Source: Octopus vulgaris (lineage: Eukaryota). Taken from it: 64,000 nt of DNA. The notes below the pieces were generated by a model that saw nothing but the letters and a program-made list of their open reading frames with translations, was not told the origin of the DNA and made no database searches. Location: contig OX597819.1 of assembly GCA_951406725.2 (NCBI GenBank), forward strand, positions 26,846,001 to 26,910,000. The letters are read 5' to 3'. The position numbers and the translations under genes were made by a program. Below are positions 1-14,387 of the stretch, in pieces. Positions within the stretch are counted from its first letter, which is position 1. Each line of letters opens with the position of its first letter.

Positions 1-570
1 TACAATGACACAAGCGCTAAGTTGCATCGACCTTCGTTACCAACCTTCGTTCTGAATGAACATCAGCGGCGGGGAGTTGACAGAAATGCAGGAGAAGGAA
101 ACTGCCACACCTATTCAAATAATATTGTTAGAGGTTATTCGAGGAAATGTAAAAATACAAGTATGTGCAAATATATACTGAACCTTGAGGGCTTGAGTTC
201 CTATATATTCAGCATTACAATCTTTCACCAGAGAACGTAAATGAATAACGGATTTAGCTCTTCTGGAAGTCTTTACACAATGCTCCATATATTATTATTG
301 ACCCCACCAGATTTTATGATATGGCGATTATCCTTGTGTTTATTGGACTATTTTCTGGTGGAAATTAAATCTGTTTTCATGTTATTAATAATTGGTACAT
401 GTTTACGTAATGGATACTTACATCTATAGTGCTGATTATTCAGAATAACATTAGTCTGAAAAGAACCTTAATTTTTAACCTCTTTCGTTTTTGAATTGTT
501 TGGGGAGACATTTTTCTGTGTGTGAGGGTGGGAGGGTAGCATTTTTCGGACCCTCTCTGTGGAGAATGGT

Positions 571-781
571 TTCAAATTTTAGAATAATGCCATTAATTTC
601 GGGAGAAGAAAGTACGTGGAGTACATCAACCCCAGTATTCAACTGGCACTTATTTTATCGATCTCGAGAGGACAGAAGGCAAAGTCAGCCTCGGCGGAAT
701 TTGAACTCAGAACGCAAAATGGACGAAATGCTGCTAAACATCTTATCCGGAATGCTAACGATTCTGGCAGCTCGCTGCCTT
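571..781 (-). mobile_element. tRNA-derived SINE, family A
   Basis: Reverse complement of a head (GGCAGCGAGCTGCCAGAATCGTTAGC...GAGTTCAAATTCCGCCGAGG, B-box-like GTTCAAAT) plus core; the same unit recurs more than 10 times in the window. Confidence 0.8.
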
Positions 782-959
782 TTTCTCTGTTGACATTAAG
801 GAGAGTTGTTTACTCGCAGAACATAATATACTTATAGATTGTCTTCAACCATATATTTACGCTGTATGATAATCTCTATAATGATAAGATTCATTAATTA
901 CCTTGACATAAAACTAGACGTGAGCACAGACAAACAATACTTCTCCCAAAAAGTAAGAA

Positions 960-1340
960 AAAGAAACAGTATATATGGATAGATGCTCAAAACCGCCATC
1001 TCACAACCATAGTAAAATTTGAAGCTAAGTATATGAAGAATAATATCAAAACTTTCACCAAACAGAATATATTTCCAAAACCTCCCATTGCAAAGCTATA
1101 TTACCAAGAATCGGCTACAAGGAAAATTGAAATAAATGAAACGCCCCATGAACCAAAAATAAAAGCGAAAGGAAAGAAATCGTGTGATACAATCCACCAG
1201 ACAATATGACAGTAGCTGCGAATCCACAAATCTTCCTATCTTGAAGTGTGCTCTACTACACATAACTGCTACGAAATTTAATAATAAAACACATGAAGAA
1301 GAGATACAGTTGCTCAAATGATATAGACTTCCTTTCCATT
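960..1340 (+). mobile_element. Highly decayed R4/Dong-like non-LTR retrotransposon ORF fragment
   Basis: Frame-hopping translation gives DAQNRHLTT..KYMKNNIK and RRDTVAQMI, which resemble the AAQDQSL..NY and RHD.VA motifs around the CCHC finger of RLE-type LINEs; many stops. Confidence 0.3.
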
Positions 1341-2567
1341 GAATTGTATATTTTCTAATTACCATTCTATAACATATTTTTCTGCATCGTATATTCAGTC
1401 ACTTCGTTTCTGCTGCACTAAATAATCCAAGCAAAAATGTGTGTATGGCAACATTCCATGTTCAGTTCAATGGCTTGCATTCTACTTTACGCTTTTCTAC
1501 ATCCAGTTTTTAAAGACCGTATAACTTCTCTAGTTTTATCTTTCTATATTCTCTCATACAAAGGAGACACGTGGTCTGAGAGATAATAATTACAACGCTT
1601 CTTCTGTCGATATGGCTATTATGCTGTATTTGAAATATCAATGTTTCACTGAATTAAGGGTTTATCCGTTTATAAACTATCCGTTTAATAATGCCTTCGG
1701 TGTAAAACCGGGCAGTTTAAAACCATCACATTTCACAGGGGTGGTGTTAGTGGCGCACTCACTTTGACAAGCATCTGGATAAGGCCTCAATTCCGAGGAT
1801 AACTTTCGCCTTTTCTTCCGGCAATTATGTAGATTCTGAACACGGTCGTAGTCTCTATACTTTCCTCGTTTAATCCAGATAAACAATAATAAAACTTTAG
1901 AATATCGTTTTCTGTGTGGATGATTTCAATATATGGTTTCCGTTGATTGATTGTAAAATGCATTGAAATCCGCCAGTTTCAATGTACGTTAGTAACAAGT
2001 CGGTGAGCAGAAACAAAATCAATACTATTTCACTTTCATCACATAAATTGTGTCTACTGATACTGGATTAGCTATATTAACACAAAATATCGAGTAATTT
2101 ACGACGTATATGAATTAAACCACACTTCTTGATGGTCAAAGAGATTTATAATTCTTCATCCGAGGTGCTGATATGAATCTTCTGATACGAATCTTCTAAG
2201 GGATTCTATTCTTTATACCCAGCTCATAATGTTTCATGAATTACTCACAAAACCGTGGTATGTTTATGCGAACGACCTTGATTTGCTTCTCATGCATTTT
2301 TGTCCGTAGCTTTTCAATAAGCTTAAATATTCCTACTTAATTCCTGGATCTCTGGAACATTCTTATGTAACTCTATTATGCAATCGATTTCAATAGGTAC
2401 AATATTTCTTGCATGATTGTGTTACCAGAGTCGACGCATTACAGGCTTTTAGCTTAGGTTCGGACTGAAAAAATATTATGCGGGGAATTTGATAGACGAA
2501 AACTGTACGGAGGCACTTATGTATATGTGTACAATTGTGTGGTTGTGTATGTGTGTGTATGTGTGTG

Positions 2568-2600
<33 letters not shown>

Positions 2601-2674
2601 TTTATAGAGGAAGAGAGTATTCAATATATGATGCTGCAGAGTTTCTCGTTTATCTCAATAAAAATCTTTTTCTT

Positions 2675-2912
2675 AAGGTGCATGGTCTTGTGGTTAGGGT
2701 GTTACTCTCGCTATCACCAGATCGGGAATTCGAGTCCGGGACCAGCCGGTGTATTGTGTTCTTGAGTAAAACACACCATTTCATGTTGCTGCAGCACAGT
2801 ACTGTGTCGGGACTGTCGCGTGTCGCAAAAGACGTTGAGACAGGATTTGCAATGCAGCCTCGGTAAACCCTCGCCAAGAACGACTACTCCAAAAGGGACT
2901 CATGAGAGTTTT
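2675..2912 (+). mobile_element. tRNA-derived SINE, family C (diverged)
   Basis: Head AAGGTGCATGGTCTTGTGGTTAGGGTG...TTCGAGTCC then GTGTTCTTGAGTAAAACAC, matching the reverse complement of the copies at 10934-11276 and 38712-39047. Confidence 0.65.
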
Positions 2913-3546
2913 CGTCTGAGCGGTGCAAAGGCATCATCTACCAAGAGTAATACAGAATCTCAAAGAAACGGTGGTAGCAGCGATGCGTTATTATAGCGCA
3001 TGTCACCATACTGCTACCACTTTTTTTCTCAAAAGGTTATCATCAGTTGATCGCTGCGATCTAACATTTGACTCAGCAGAAAATATTTTTCAGTTCAGAC
3101 GTGAATGACTGTATGTGTGCCATGTGTGCGCACGCGTGTGTAGGTTATGTATGTACCTGTTAATGAAGTTTAAGTCATTAAACATTGATATACCGAAACT
3201 ATCACTCGAGCATGCTTAGCCCTAGCTGGCCTGTGCACTATCGCAGGATATATAGACTCTGCCACCACCCGATGTGAGATTATTGCCTACTGAATGTACC
3301 AGGTCCTGACGCAGCCACACAAACTGATATGTAATCTGTCACTACCAAACTAATTGTCTATCCACCAAGTAACTGCGGTCCCTGAAATTTTTTCGGTTAA
3401 TTTATGCAAACATGCTATCTGCTCTATTGCATGGACATGTAATGAAAGAACGATTGCAGCTTGCTTGCTCAAGCACCAACGTAATCTAACCTGATTAACG
3501 GATACCTAAATACTTTCTCGTAGAAGCTATTTTCGAGTTCCTCCTA

Positions 3547-3598
<52 letters not shown>

Positions 3599-4040
3599 CG
3601 GTGTGGACGTGTTCTGAACCCAGGAAGTTCAAGTAACTTTTAACCAATAAATTTATTATTTGATATATCGTTATGCACAATAATATATAATAGTTACACA
3701 TAGTTTACATATTATTATCTTATTTTTTTATTTAATCATTACATATCGTTTAGGCATTTTTTCAGCACAAGGTCAAATTTTATTGAGCTAACACATGGTC
3801 AAAGACGTTGCAACAATGAGCAATCCATCTTTATTGAGTCATAGCGATACACATAATTTCTGTTTTAGGAATATCTTGCTAATGTTTTTCTACAAACACC
3901 CGAGATTTCGTCTGGGTTCTTTTACTTGAAATGGATTCTTCATAATATATTGAAACAAACTATATCGTTAACTAACTATGCACTCTAACAGCTGCTAAAA
4001 TTAGACAATGAAAAGATATATATTATTATTAAGTGGTTTT

Positions 4041-4255
4041 AAGGAGGCGATCTGACAGAATCGTTAGCTCGTCGGGCAAAATGTTAAGCGACATTTTGTC
4101 CGAATTTATGTCCTGAATTCAAATTCCCCCGACGTCGACTTTTTCTTTTATCCTTTTGGATCAAATGAGTACCATTTGAGCATCGCGGCTGATGTGATCG
4201 TTTTAACCACTTCCTCGAAATTGTTGGACTTGTGCCGAAGGTTTTAAGCCATTAT
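4041..4255 (+). mobile_element. SINE family A (diverged)
   Basis: AAGGAGGCGATCTGACAGAATCGTTAGC...AATTCAAATTCC...GTCGACTTTTCTTTTATCC matches the family A head and core. Confidence 0.75.
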
Positions 4256-4750
4256 CAAATTGTCTTGAGAGCAATGGATAGAAAGAATCATAAAAAGGTT
4301 GAAGCTAAATGCATTTAGAGTCGCGATCTTCTACGTCCTGGTTTCAAATCCTTCGGCAACCAACTTGTCTTACAACTTTGCGGGAACGATATAATATAGT
4401 ATTAATCGAGTACTGGGTTGGATTTAATGCTTTCGCGCATTGTGACCAGCGATGTGTAACAACATCTGATGGTCTGGTCGGTCACGTGATCACGTGATAT
4501 ATATATATATATACATATCACGTGATCACGTTATATATATATGTGTGTGTGTGTACGTACGTACGTATGTATGTATGTATGTATGTATGTATGTATGTAT
4601 GTATGTATGTATGTATGTATGTATGTATGTATGTATGTATGTATGTATGTATGTGGAGGTCGACTCCGTCTCCTGCTACTCAGAGTTTTGCATGTGATTG
4701 CACAGAATCTTCGCGCAAGTTATGTCTGAATATATTATCAATCTCCACGC

Positions 4751-4947
4751 GGCGTTAGCACGCCGGGCGAAGTGCGTGGCCGTACTTCGTCTGCCGTTAC
4801 GTTCTGAGTTCAAATTCCGTCGAGGTCGACTTTGCCTTTCATCCATTCGGGGTCGATAAATTAAATACCAGTTGCGTACTGATGTGGATCTAATCGACTG
4901 GACCCTCCCCCAAAATTCCGGGCCTTGTGCCTAGAGAAGACAAGAAT
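4751..4947 (+). mobile_element. SINE family A, 5'-truncated, tail type 1
   Basis: GTTAGCACGCCGGGCGAA...GAGTTCAAATTCCGTCGAGGTCGACTTTGCCTTTCATCC...GGCCTTGTGCCTAGAGAAGACAAGAAT. Confidence 0.85.
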
Positions 4948-5539
4948 CTATTCAATGATATTGACTACTCTCTTTTCCAACAATCAGCACTAACCGGTTA
5001 CATACATTTATAAAGCTGTGTATGTGTACGCATTTTTATAGAATTATGCGTTTATATGTTGTTTTTTTTAATATAATGTTTATAACTATATTTATTTACT
5101 TCATTCTAGGAAGAATCGCTGATAGAATCCTTCAACTTATTCATAGACTACTGCTTAAACCTCATTCGCAAACAAAGGGATGTTTTCATTCCAAGTCAAA
5201 AGGATGCAATGCATTCCCTAGAATGCATGCTAAGGTATGTCAACACCGGTTTATTTTATTTTTACGATTTTAAATAATATAACTCTGTTATTTGCACTTT
5301 AAATATTATACACTTGTGTTTGCATTTACAATTTTCCTTTTAACGTTTGTAACATTAAAATAATTTAACATTTGTTTATCTAGTGTCAAGCAAATGTGTA
5401 AGTTTTGTGAGACTGAAAATCTTTTTTTTTAATTATGTTTATTGACGAATAACCTGGGATTAAACTATGAATACTGATTGACATTTAAACAATGGGAAAT
5501 ATGAAGATATGGAGAGGTCTTTGAAAGACATAGTGAAGA

Positions 5540-5795
5540 TACCTGGCCTAGGTGTTAAATTAATGCCATGCGCTCACAATCGCAAGATCGCAGTTTCGAA
5601 TCCCAGACTGGGCCGGGTGTTGTGCTCTTGAGCAAAACGCTTCGTTTCATATAGTTCCAGTCCACTGAGCTGTAAATGAGTAAGTCTGCGACGGATTGAC
5701 ATCCTAATCCGTGGGAACGTGGTGACGTCGGTCACTTAGACGTCACAGAAACCGAATAACCGTCTCTATGAATCGAAGGACTCGAGACAATAATG
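5540..5795 (+). mobile_element. SINE family C head with a different tail
   Basis: CACAATCGCAAGATCGCAGTTTCGAATCCC...GTGTTGTGCTCTTGAGCAAAAC...CCACTGAGCTGTAAATGAG shared with family C; the 3' part differs. Confidence 0.6.
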
Positions 5796-6220
5796 CCCAT
5801 GAAAGAGAGTAAATATGTCCCCCTCATGACACTAACAAATCTATTTATTTTAGTATGATTAATTAGACTTCGTTTTGAGCTACCTATTTTGTAGCCACTG
5901 CGGTAAAGATTTCAGCATGGACTTGCTAGTTTCCATATCCAATGCCAGCCCTAGTATGTTATCGATGTTTATATATATCATACCCGTACCTTTCATATTG
6001 CATTTATTTAACATATCTTCTAAAATCTGAATAAAACATTTGATTATAGTTTATTTAGATCACAATTTACCATATCATATTCTGGACCCCGTAAGAATTA
6101 ACTCGATACATATGTGTGTTTGCATATACATGTATATGTAATTGAATATTTCCATGCATACACACACACACACAGATATATATAGATATATAGATATATA
6201 GATAGATGGATAGATAGATG

Positions 6221-6328
<108 letters not shown>

Positions 6329-6345
6329 TATTCTATTTTACCTGT

Positions 6346-6471
6346 CCCACATGGTTCCGGGTTCATTCCCACTGCGTGGCACTTTGGGCACGTGTCTTCT
6401 GCAATAGCCTCGGGCCGACCAAAGCCTCGTGAGTGGATTTGGTTGACGGAAACTGAAGGAAGCCTGTCGTA

Positions 6472-6526
<55 letters not shown>

Positions 6527-6745
6527 ATATGTGTGTGTATATGTTTGTGTGTGTGTAGTTGTCCTCCACCATCCTTTGACAACCGATGGTGGTGTGTTCG
6601 CGTCCCCGTAACTTAGCGGTTCGGCAAAAGAGACTGATAGAATAAGTACTAGGCTTCTAGATAATAAGTCCTGGGGGTCGATTTGCTCGACTAAATGCGG
6701 TGCTCCAGCATGGTCGCAGGCAAAAGACTGAAACAAGAGTAAAGG
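6346..6745 (+). mobile_element. SINE family B with internal (TA)n/(TG)n
   Basis: CCACATGGTTCCGGGTTCATTCCCACTGCGTGGCACTTTGGGC...GGAAACTGAAGGAAGCCTGTCG-(TA)n-...GCTCCAGCATGGTCGCAGG; identical layout at 40855, 57532 and 61118. It resembles the octopus OR-type CORE-like SINEs as I recall them. Confidence 0.85.
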
Positions 6746-9700
6746 GTATATGTGAGTATGTGTTTATGTATACGTTCATTTATGCACCTTTAAATATATG
6801 CATACGGACGTATATACATACATTACAACTACACTTTATTTGCCGGAAGAGTTTTTAGAGTATATATGTTTCAGGCTTTTGGAAATTTGAAATTGCTAAT
6901 GATTTTATGATTCTCTTGGTTTAGTCTTAATATGTGACAAATCCTTCATTAGTGAATATGCATATATACATATGAGTGAGAGTGTGTGTATATAAGTAAA
7001 TCTTATGGATATGAGTACATGCGCAAGGCGCGCGCGCGCGCGAGAGAGAGAGAGTGGTGGCGCATGTGACTCTGTAAGTAGCTGGGGGAGAAAAGATTTG
7101 TTCACGGTTCGGTTTTCAGCCGTAGATGTATTGCTGTAAAAATCCTAGGAGAGGCCATTGTCGGTAATTTTTACTGACATAGAATTTGACCGTTCCTTTA
7201 TAGATATAAATGCCATTCTTCTGTCATGAACTCGAAATTGTAAATGGTCTCTGATTGCATTGTATTGAAAGAATATAATGTAACCGAGGAATACTCTAGT
7301 AAGGCATTTACTTATCTCTTCTAGTCCCAAAGTTATTTTGGACATCTACGACTGCATGTAAATGGCACCGTATCTCTTAACAGCATGGATTTTAATGCCC
7401 GAGTATCTAATTTCTTGTATCAAATGATGTAATTTGGAATCGTGACATGCTCCCATTGATTGCAATAATGACTTTAGCGATTATTGATGACTCCCTACTA
7501 CAATTTGGTGTATGCTAATTTTTTTTGATATTGGACATGATACCAGTCGTATTTTAGTTATATTTCAGCCTTAAAATTGGCCATTTTAATGGAGAGACAT
7601 AAATTATTACCTTATTAAATCAATGCACAGACTTGATTGAATAAGTTAAAAAGATAAAAATAATCGAAATGTATTTCAAATTTAACATTTCAATTCAAAG
7701 TTGAAAATTTGAATTTGTTACAATGCAACGGTCGTTCTTAGTCGATTTTTTTTTATTGCCTAATTCTCTGTAAGCTATTCAGAAATTATCGCTTGCTACA
7801 CACTGAAATGTTGTGTTGTAGCCGTGACTAAGCAATAAATGTATGAACGAACGAACGAACGAAAGAAAGAAGGCAAAAAAACAGTTCTGTAATAATGAAT
7901 GACGTAAATGCGTGACCAATGGTAACCGAGACCTGATTAATAATCAACGATGACCTCAAAGAATATGGACTGAAAAAGCGGAAGCTGACCAGAGATGCGA
8001 TAAAATGGAATGAGAGGTTTCCATGCAGCATGCAATCCTACACATGCAAGCATAGCTAAAATAAATATTAACCCGATTATGATTGTAAGTGGGCAAAAAA
8101 AGAGAAGAAAAAAAGGAGAAAGAGATAAACGTATGGTGATAAACGAATAAAATGATGACGATGAAGAACATGTATGGTGGGAGAAGGAGAAAATAGAATT
8201 GTAAAACAGAAGATAGAAATGATTATAGAGTAAAGTGAAGTGATTTTTATTTGTTCTTGCTATATTTGTTTCCCATTTTGTTTCATTTTACTTTATATTT
8301 ATTATTCAGCAGTGAAGAGGGATACATCAGTTTTATGTCAGAATCTAGACTATATTTAGATCTGAAACCATCATCACTAAACAATGTATATTTTGTTTCT
8401 TTTTGTTTCTGTTTATTATTGTTTTAGTTATGACTTTTTTTTTTCTGTTAGTTTCATTTCGTTTAGATTTTTTTGTTTTTGATTTATATTTATTTATTTG
8501 TTTATTTATTTATGAAGAGGAAGGAAGGTTGCTTATTTCTTCAGGTCAAGAGAGTTTAAATGGCTTTAGCCACAGACATTAGCTAAGCAAATCAATCAGC
8601 TAAGTGGTTCTATTGATGCTAACTGAAATATTTCTGCCAGATCTTGTGGAAAACATGATTTCTTTTACTTTCTTTCTGCATTCCCCTTTCCCCGTTCTTT
8701 CTATCTTCTCTTTTCCTTGTTACTCTTCTCTCTCATTTCATCTCTCCTTTTTAACCTATTACTCACTCTTTCTCAATTTCTATACTTTTACCATTGACAT
8801 CCAAATTCTTATGTTAGTCTATTAAGAATATATAAAATCTGAACAAATTTTTGAATCTACTCACAGATTAGGCGTTTCTAAATTATATAATTGTTGAAAG
8901 CTTCAAATGAATTTGTGCCAAAATTAAGATGGAAAATATTTCTTTTATAACTAGTAATTACATATCTCTATTAAAATAACGATCATAAGATCATAAAGAA
9001 TATGCTTTGGCTCGTTGGAGTTGCCTTAGACTTAGCCCTCTTGGAGTAAGAAATAAGGATCGGGGATGGCTATAAGTTAGGAAATAGACACAGGCATGGC
9101 TGTAAGACTAAGAAGTTTGCTTTGCAACTGTGTGGTTAAGCGTTCAATTCCAGTGCAGATCAACTTGAGCAGGTGTCTTCTATCATAACCTTGAATCGAT
9201 CAAAGCCTTAGCGAGTAAAATTTTGTTGGAAACTTGTTTATATCGTTTGGAAGGATCGTTCTTGTTCGTTGGTGGCAAACCTAATTCATTGCCAGGTATA
9301 ATAATACCATATGAGTTTTAGGTACTTTAGCATAGTACAGTCTGTTGGAATCATTCGGGTCTCTCACTTGAAGTTTATAATTTTCTTCCCATCAGAAATA
9401 GAAAAAGGCAAAGAAAAACTTCTAGCTTAATGATATCTTAAAGTTAATATGCAAATTAGCAATTATTTATTTACTAAAATGACATTTCCGGAATATAATG
9501 AACTCTTGATTAAAAAAAAAGATATGTGATAAATATTGGAGTATTATGAATGATGAAGCCAGTATCTCCCTAGTCTATGGCTTCCTCATTCAAAGAAAGA
9601 AGAAATGAGACAACGTTCATACATATTCAGGAAATAAAAATTATACGTTAGCCATGTTCAAATATTTTTCTATGAATTCTCTTCTCTCACTATTGTATAT

Positions 9701-10264
9701 TCTCACTTCTAAGAAATAATGCTAAATAATTATTTCATGGAACTTTCCGTCATAGAGTTGCACACACGGTGTTACTCTTTCACCACACAAATCATTTATA
9801 TGACTTTCTATTTCACAATAATTGATATCAAATACATGCTGAATTAAAATGAGCCCAGCTATGCTAACACAAGCTACACTGGTGGATGAAGTTCAGCAGT
9901 TGTCTTGGTTGGTGTTTATTCTCTGCTCTCAACTGGAATAACTATGCACGCATCATAAGGCTTTTATTAATTTTATCTCATCAAGCATGACTTCATTTAT
10001 CATTCTTCTAAGTTTGCTGAAACAAATACAACTTGGAGAGATTTTAATTGCTGCTGAACTTATATATGTATGTATGTATGCATCTCTGCAACATATTTTT
10101 TGCACATGTTTGAGTTTGTGCATATAATTATTTACGGATTTAATAGATTTCTTTATGCCAGATTTTAACCAATGGATTTGTAAGTTCATACGATCGTATG
10201 CATATTTTTTACCTGTGGATTATCTGACATCATGACTATGTGCAATCCATATAAATCGGTTCAA

Positions 10265-10423
10265 TGTAATTGATACGCTGATTAGGAAAAATATTCAGTG
10301 TTATCAGTATTGCCTGGTTGAGCTCGCAAGGGATTCTGAACATTGCTGGTTTTTAGCACCATCATCATTCTGTTTGTTATTTTTGTCGTAAATATTTTCT
10401 TCATAAAAATATTTGTAAAAGAT
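10265..10423 (+). repeat. Copy 1 of a ~160-bp dispersed direct duplication (partner 13166-13333)
   Basis: GATACGCTGATTAGGAAAAATATTCAGTGTTATCAGTATTGCCTGGTTGAGCTCGCAAGGGATTCTGAACATTGCTGGTTTTTAGCACCAT aligns by eye with 13173 onward. Confidence 0.9.
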
Positions 10424-10933
10424 CATGTGAGTATGTTCCTTTAATAAATAATGTACGTAAACTGGAGCATTATAGCTAAGACCTCTGTATCATAGAAAAA
10501 TCAAATATTTTATGTAAACAATGAACGTTTTAAATATGAAGACAGAAACATTTTCTCATTGCAAGCACAAGAAAGAAAACACACTTCGAAATTTCAAACA
10601 TGTTCCCCAAACGCTCCTACACCTTTGTCCTGGGTAACTTTTTGGATATTGATTATATGCATTCTTACATGACATAATTAAACATATATTAATCTATGGC
10701 GAATGCAATTTCTTTCGAAAATCCCCGACTAGTGCAAGGGAGATAACAATTAAGATATTCTTTGAAGTTACCGTCTCCCTGTCATCCCTGTATTTATTTC
10801 CAAATCCCTTTGGGTCTCGTATTATCTCGTGTATTCTCCTCCAGCACTGAGACGAGTACCATCAATTCCATGTGGAATTCATGGATAATTGTAAAGATAT
10901 CTTCCTATGAAAAGCAATAAAGTAATATATATA

Positions 10934-11276
10934 TGGTGAGACCCCCTTCGGTCACTACACAGACCATGGGATGGCACCTAGAAAGTTACCCTCAAAGGAC
11001 CAAGCCCAGACAGCGTTGTTTATAGAAGACCAGCAGTCGCCCACGCATACCGCCCTCCCCTCTCCACGCCACTAGTGTTATCCAAAGGAAAGGCAAAGGG
11101 GCCGATATAGCATGGCACCTGTGACGTCGCAACTCATTTCTACAGCCGAGTGAACAGGAGCAACGTGAATTAAAGTGTCTTGCTCAAGAACACAACAAGC
11201 AGTCTGGTCCGGGATTCGAACTCACAACCTCACGAACGTAAGCTCGACGATATAACCACTGACCCATGCGCCTTCA
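10934..11276 (-). mobile_element. SINE family C, full length
   Basis: Minus-strand head TGAAGGCGCATGGGTCAGTGGTTATATCGTCGAG...GTTCGAATCCCG (A/B boxes); near-identical to 38712-39047. Confidence 0.85.
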
Positions 11277-11283
11277 CAGTATA

Positions 11284-11319
<36 letters not shown>

Positions 11320-11359
11320 TATGTATGTATGTATATATATGTATGTATGTATGTATATG

Positions 11360-11391
<32 letters not shown>

Positions 11392-11499
11392 TATATGTAT
11401 GTATGTATATATATATGTATGTATGTATGTATATATATATGCATGTATGTATATATATATATATATATGCATGTATGTATATATATAAATGCATGTTTG

Positions 11500-11574
<75 letters not shown>

Positions 11575-12258
11575 GTATATTGAGAAGTAGAAACATTTGA
11601 CGTTTTGGAGACTTTTCCTTCGCCAGAAATAATAAAAGTGGGACAACAGAAATTTCAATAACAAAGTCGAATAATTGCAAGCAAAATAAAATGGTATTGC
11701 GTTATGGGGTGTAAAATAGATTGTGAAATTCCAACAAAAATTGTAGTTTGCAAAGTGTGGGAGATGATGTAAATAGTTTAGAGGGATTTGTAAATTGTTT
11801 ACGAAATGGTGTGAGCTGAATGTGAAGTAAATGATGTGGGAAGCAATGAATCGTAGAACAGACGTGGCTAAAATCTGTTACAAGAAGAATATCAGTTGAA
11901 AAGCAAGTGATGAGATATGTTGTGATGCGAGGTCGGGCGTAAGAGACACGATAAAGGGAGCAAATAAGGCAAAATATGAAATGACATATATAATGACACA
12001 TGACAAACAAGTGGGCGAACGGTAGGATTGTCAAGTTTTTTTACAAAGTGAGAAAGTAAACGATATAGAACCAAAGATAGGTATGGATTGTAAACGCAAG
12101 ACTGTTGCAGAAGAAAGTGAAAGTGTTAATAGATATAATGAAGAATGAATAGGAAAGAGAGCTGGCAATAAAAATTAGAACAATAAAGATGCTGCATATC
12201 TGCAAGAACATATATTATGTACATAATATAGTACAATCATATATATGTATAATCATAC

Positions 12259-12587
<329 letters not shown>

Positions 12588-12591
<4 letters not shown>

Positions 12592-12720
12592 CCAAACAAG
12601 AAAACACAAAAGCAAAAAAACACAACAACGCGAGGACGTGGAACAAATAAAGTATTATTGGACGCTCAGGAAAGAAGGGAAGATATATGGGGGGTGCCTA
12701 CGTTTGATCGAAAACGTTAC
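12588..12720 (-). mobile_element. Partial copy of the Penelope-type terminal repeat seen at 47925-48157
   Basis: ACAACAACGCGAGGACGTGGAACAAATAAAGTATTATTGGACGCTCAGGAAAGAAGG is the reverse complement of about 48060-48120; starts directly after (TA)n. Confidence 0.75.
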
Positions 12721-13165
12721 TTGCAGTTTATTTGTATGATGCCTCTATGACTGTGTAGATCTGTACAATTCTTGCAGACCTATTGAAATTCCTTGGGTAA
12801 CGAAAAATCAACAAACTGCGAGTACATTATGGAACAGTTTAGCAACGAAATTATCAGTTCCATAATGTTGTATATCTGAAGATCTGGAAATTACTATTAG
12901 AAAGCAGGGAACGAAGCGTTAAATATATCTCACATTTAAAGTTTATCAGCATATTAGCCGAAACGAAACAAAACAAAACAAGACGGGGTTAAGCACATGA
13001 ACAGTATAACTTCTCCTGGATGTAGTGCTCTGCTGATAAAGCAATTCATATCGGAAACACGCAATACTGACATTACTACATCAGCAGAAATCAGTCGTCG
13101 TTGCTAAAATCACAAATATTAAAAGGTGGGATTGATTATTTCTCAGTGACAGAAATAACCATCGT

Positions 13166-13333
13166 TGTAATGGATACGCTAATTAGGAAAAATATTCAGA
13201 GTTATCAGTATTGCTTGGTTGAGCTTGCAGGGGATTCTGAACATTTCTGGTTTTTAGCACCATAATTTTTCTGTTGGTTATTTTAGTCGTAATATTTTAG
13301 TCGTAATATTTCACAGAAATATTAGTAAGAGAT
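13166..13333 (+). repeat. Copy 2 of the ~160-bp duplication (partner 10265-10423)
   Basis: Same sequence with scattered substitutions and a short internal duplication (TATTTTAGTCGTAA x2). Confidence 0.9.
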
Positions 13334-13578
13334 TTGAGGAGGTAGAAAATGACATAAACAGGTGATTTAAATATAAAGGGGCATTTATAGCTAGGGTTTT
13401 TTCGATAGAAAATAATTACACTTTATTTTATACATGACGACTAGGAAAATATCTGGAGTTTAACTATCATTCTTGGGCCGAAAACGCAAGGGAGAGAACT
13501 CTAAACATTCTTACCATTCGTCAACGGTAAAATAGCCTTCGTCCTTATAGATCTAGCTTAACACTTATTAAATTTGCT

Positions 13579-13656
<78 letters not shown>

Positions 13657-14387
13657 CATGTATATACGTACGTATGTATCTATGTGTGTATGTCAAAAAT
13701 GAAGGAAAAGATTATCTAAGATCGATTTGCAGCAGAATCATAGGCACCAAAATTATCAGTAATTTTTCAATAAAGGTGTCTAAAACCACGCGCCAGTTCG
13801 ACTACCCATGATGAATTATATAAATATATCAAAGGTATCCCATATACACAGAAATCTGATATGGACCAAACGTAGCAATTATATTCCATACCGTTTCTTA
13901 GATGTCTAATTGTTTGTACATTTTTTTATGTTTCATTTCTATATTCATTTCTTTCGATTTTTCTCCGATATAAGCATACTTTAAATTTTGTTTTACTGCT
14001 ATCCTTTTACTTACTCTCTTCACTTTTCCTATATTTTTTACACACAATACATAAGATTTTCGAATTTATATTTTTTATTTTCGTATATACAGTTGCTATA
14101 TTTGTTCGATTGTTTCTCTGCTTTCCCAGTTGGTTTCCATCGTTTTGTTTTATTACATATACGATTCCCTGTATAATGCCCAATTGCATACACACTCAAA
14201 TTATGCGTGTGTGTGTGTATATTCGTGCGTGCAATTCTTTATGTCTACATACGGATATATATCAAATATCTATATGAATACAAGCGTATATACATTATAT
14301 ACACGTATGTGTATAAAAGCATACGCGTGTTTGTAACTACACACACACACACACACGTTACGCCGCAATAATTTATGTATAAAAAAT

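Noticed and set aside
9888-10062. AAGTTCAGCAG / CTGCTGAACTT inverted pair
   Set aside because: Only 11 bp of complementarity with no TSD or internal pairing; compatible with chance.
10934-11276. tRNA genes at SINE heads
   Set aside because: A/B-box-like motifs run straight into repeated SINE bodies; no complete cloverleaf.
11180-11680. Many 100-200 aa ORFs rich in YI/CV/HT/YVCM here and elsewhere (26270-26683, 37608-38337, 42165-42756, 48500-48966, 59415-59926)
   Set aside because: They are translations of (TA)n, (TG)n and (TATG)n microsatellites, which lack stop codons in some frames.
11690-12200. Purine-rich stretch with a 110-aa minus-strand ORF, possibly a retroelement remnant
   Set aside because: No diagnostic motif could be aligned with confidence.
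12690-12760. Hammerhead in the second Penelope-type copy
   Set aside because: AAACGTA is present on the minus strand, but the CUGANGA strand and stem II are missing.
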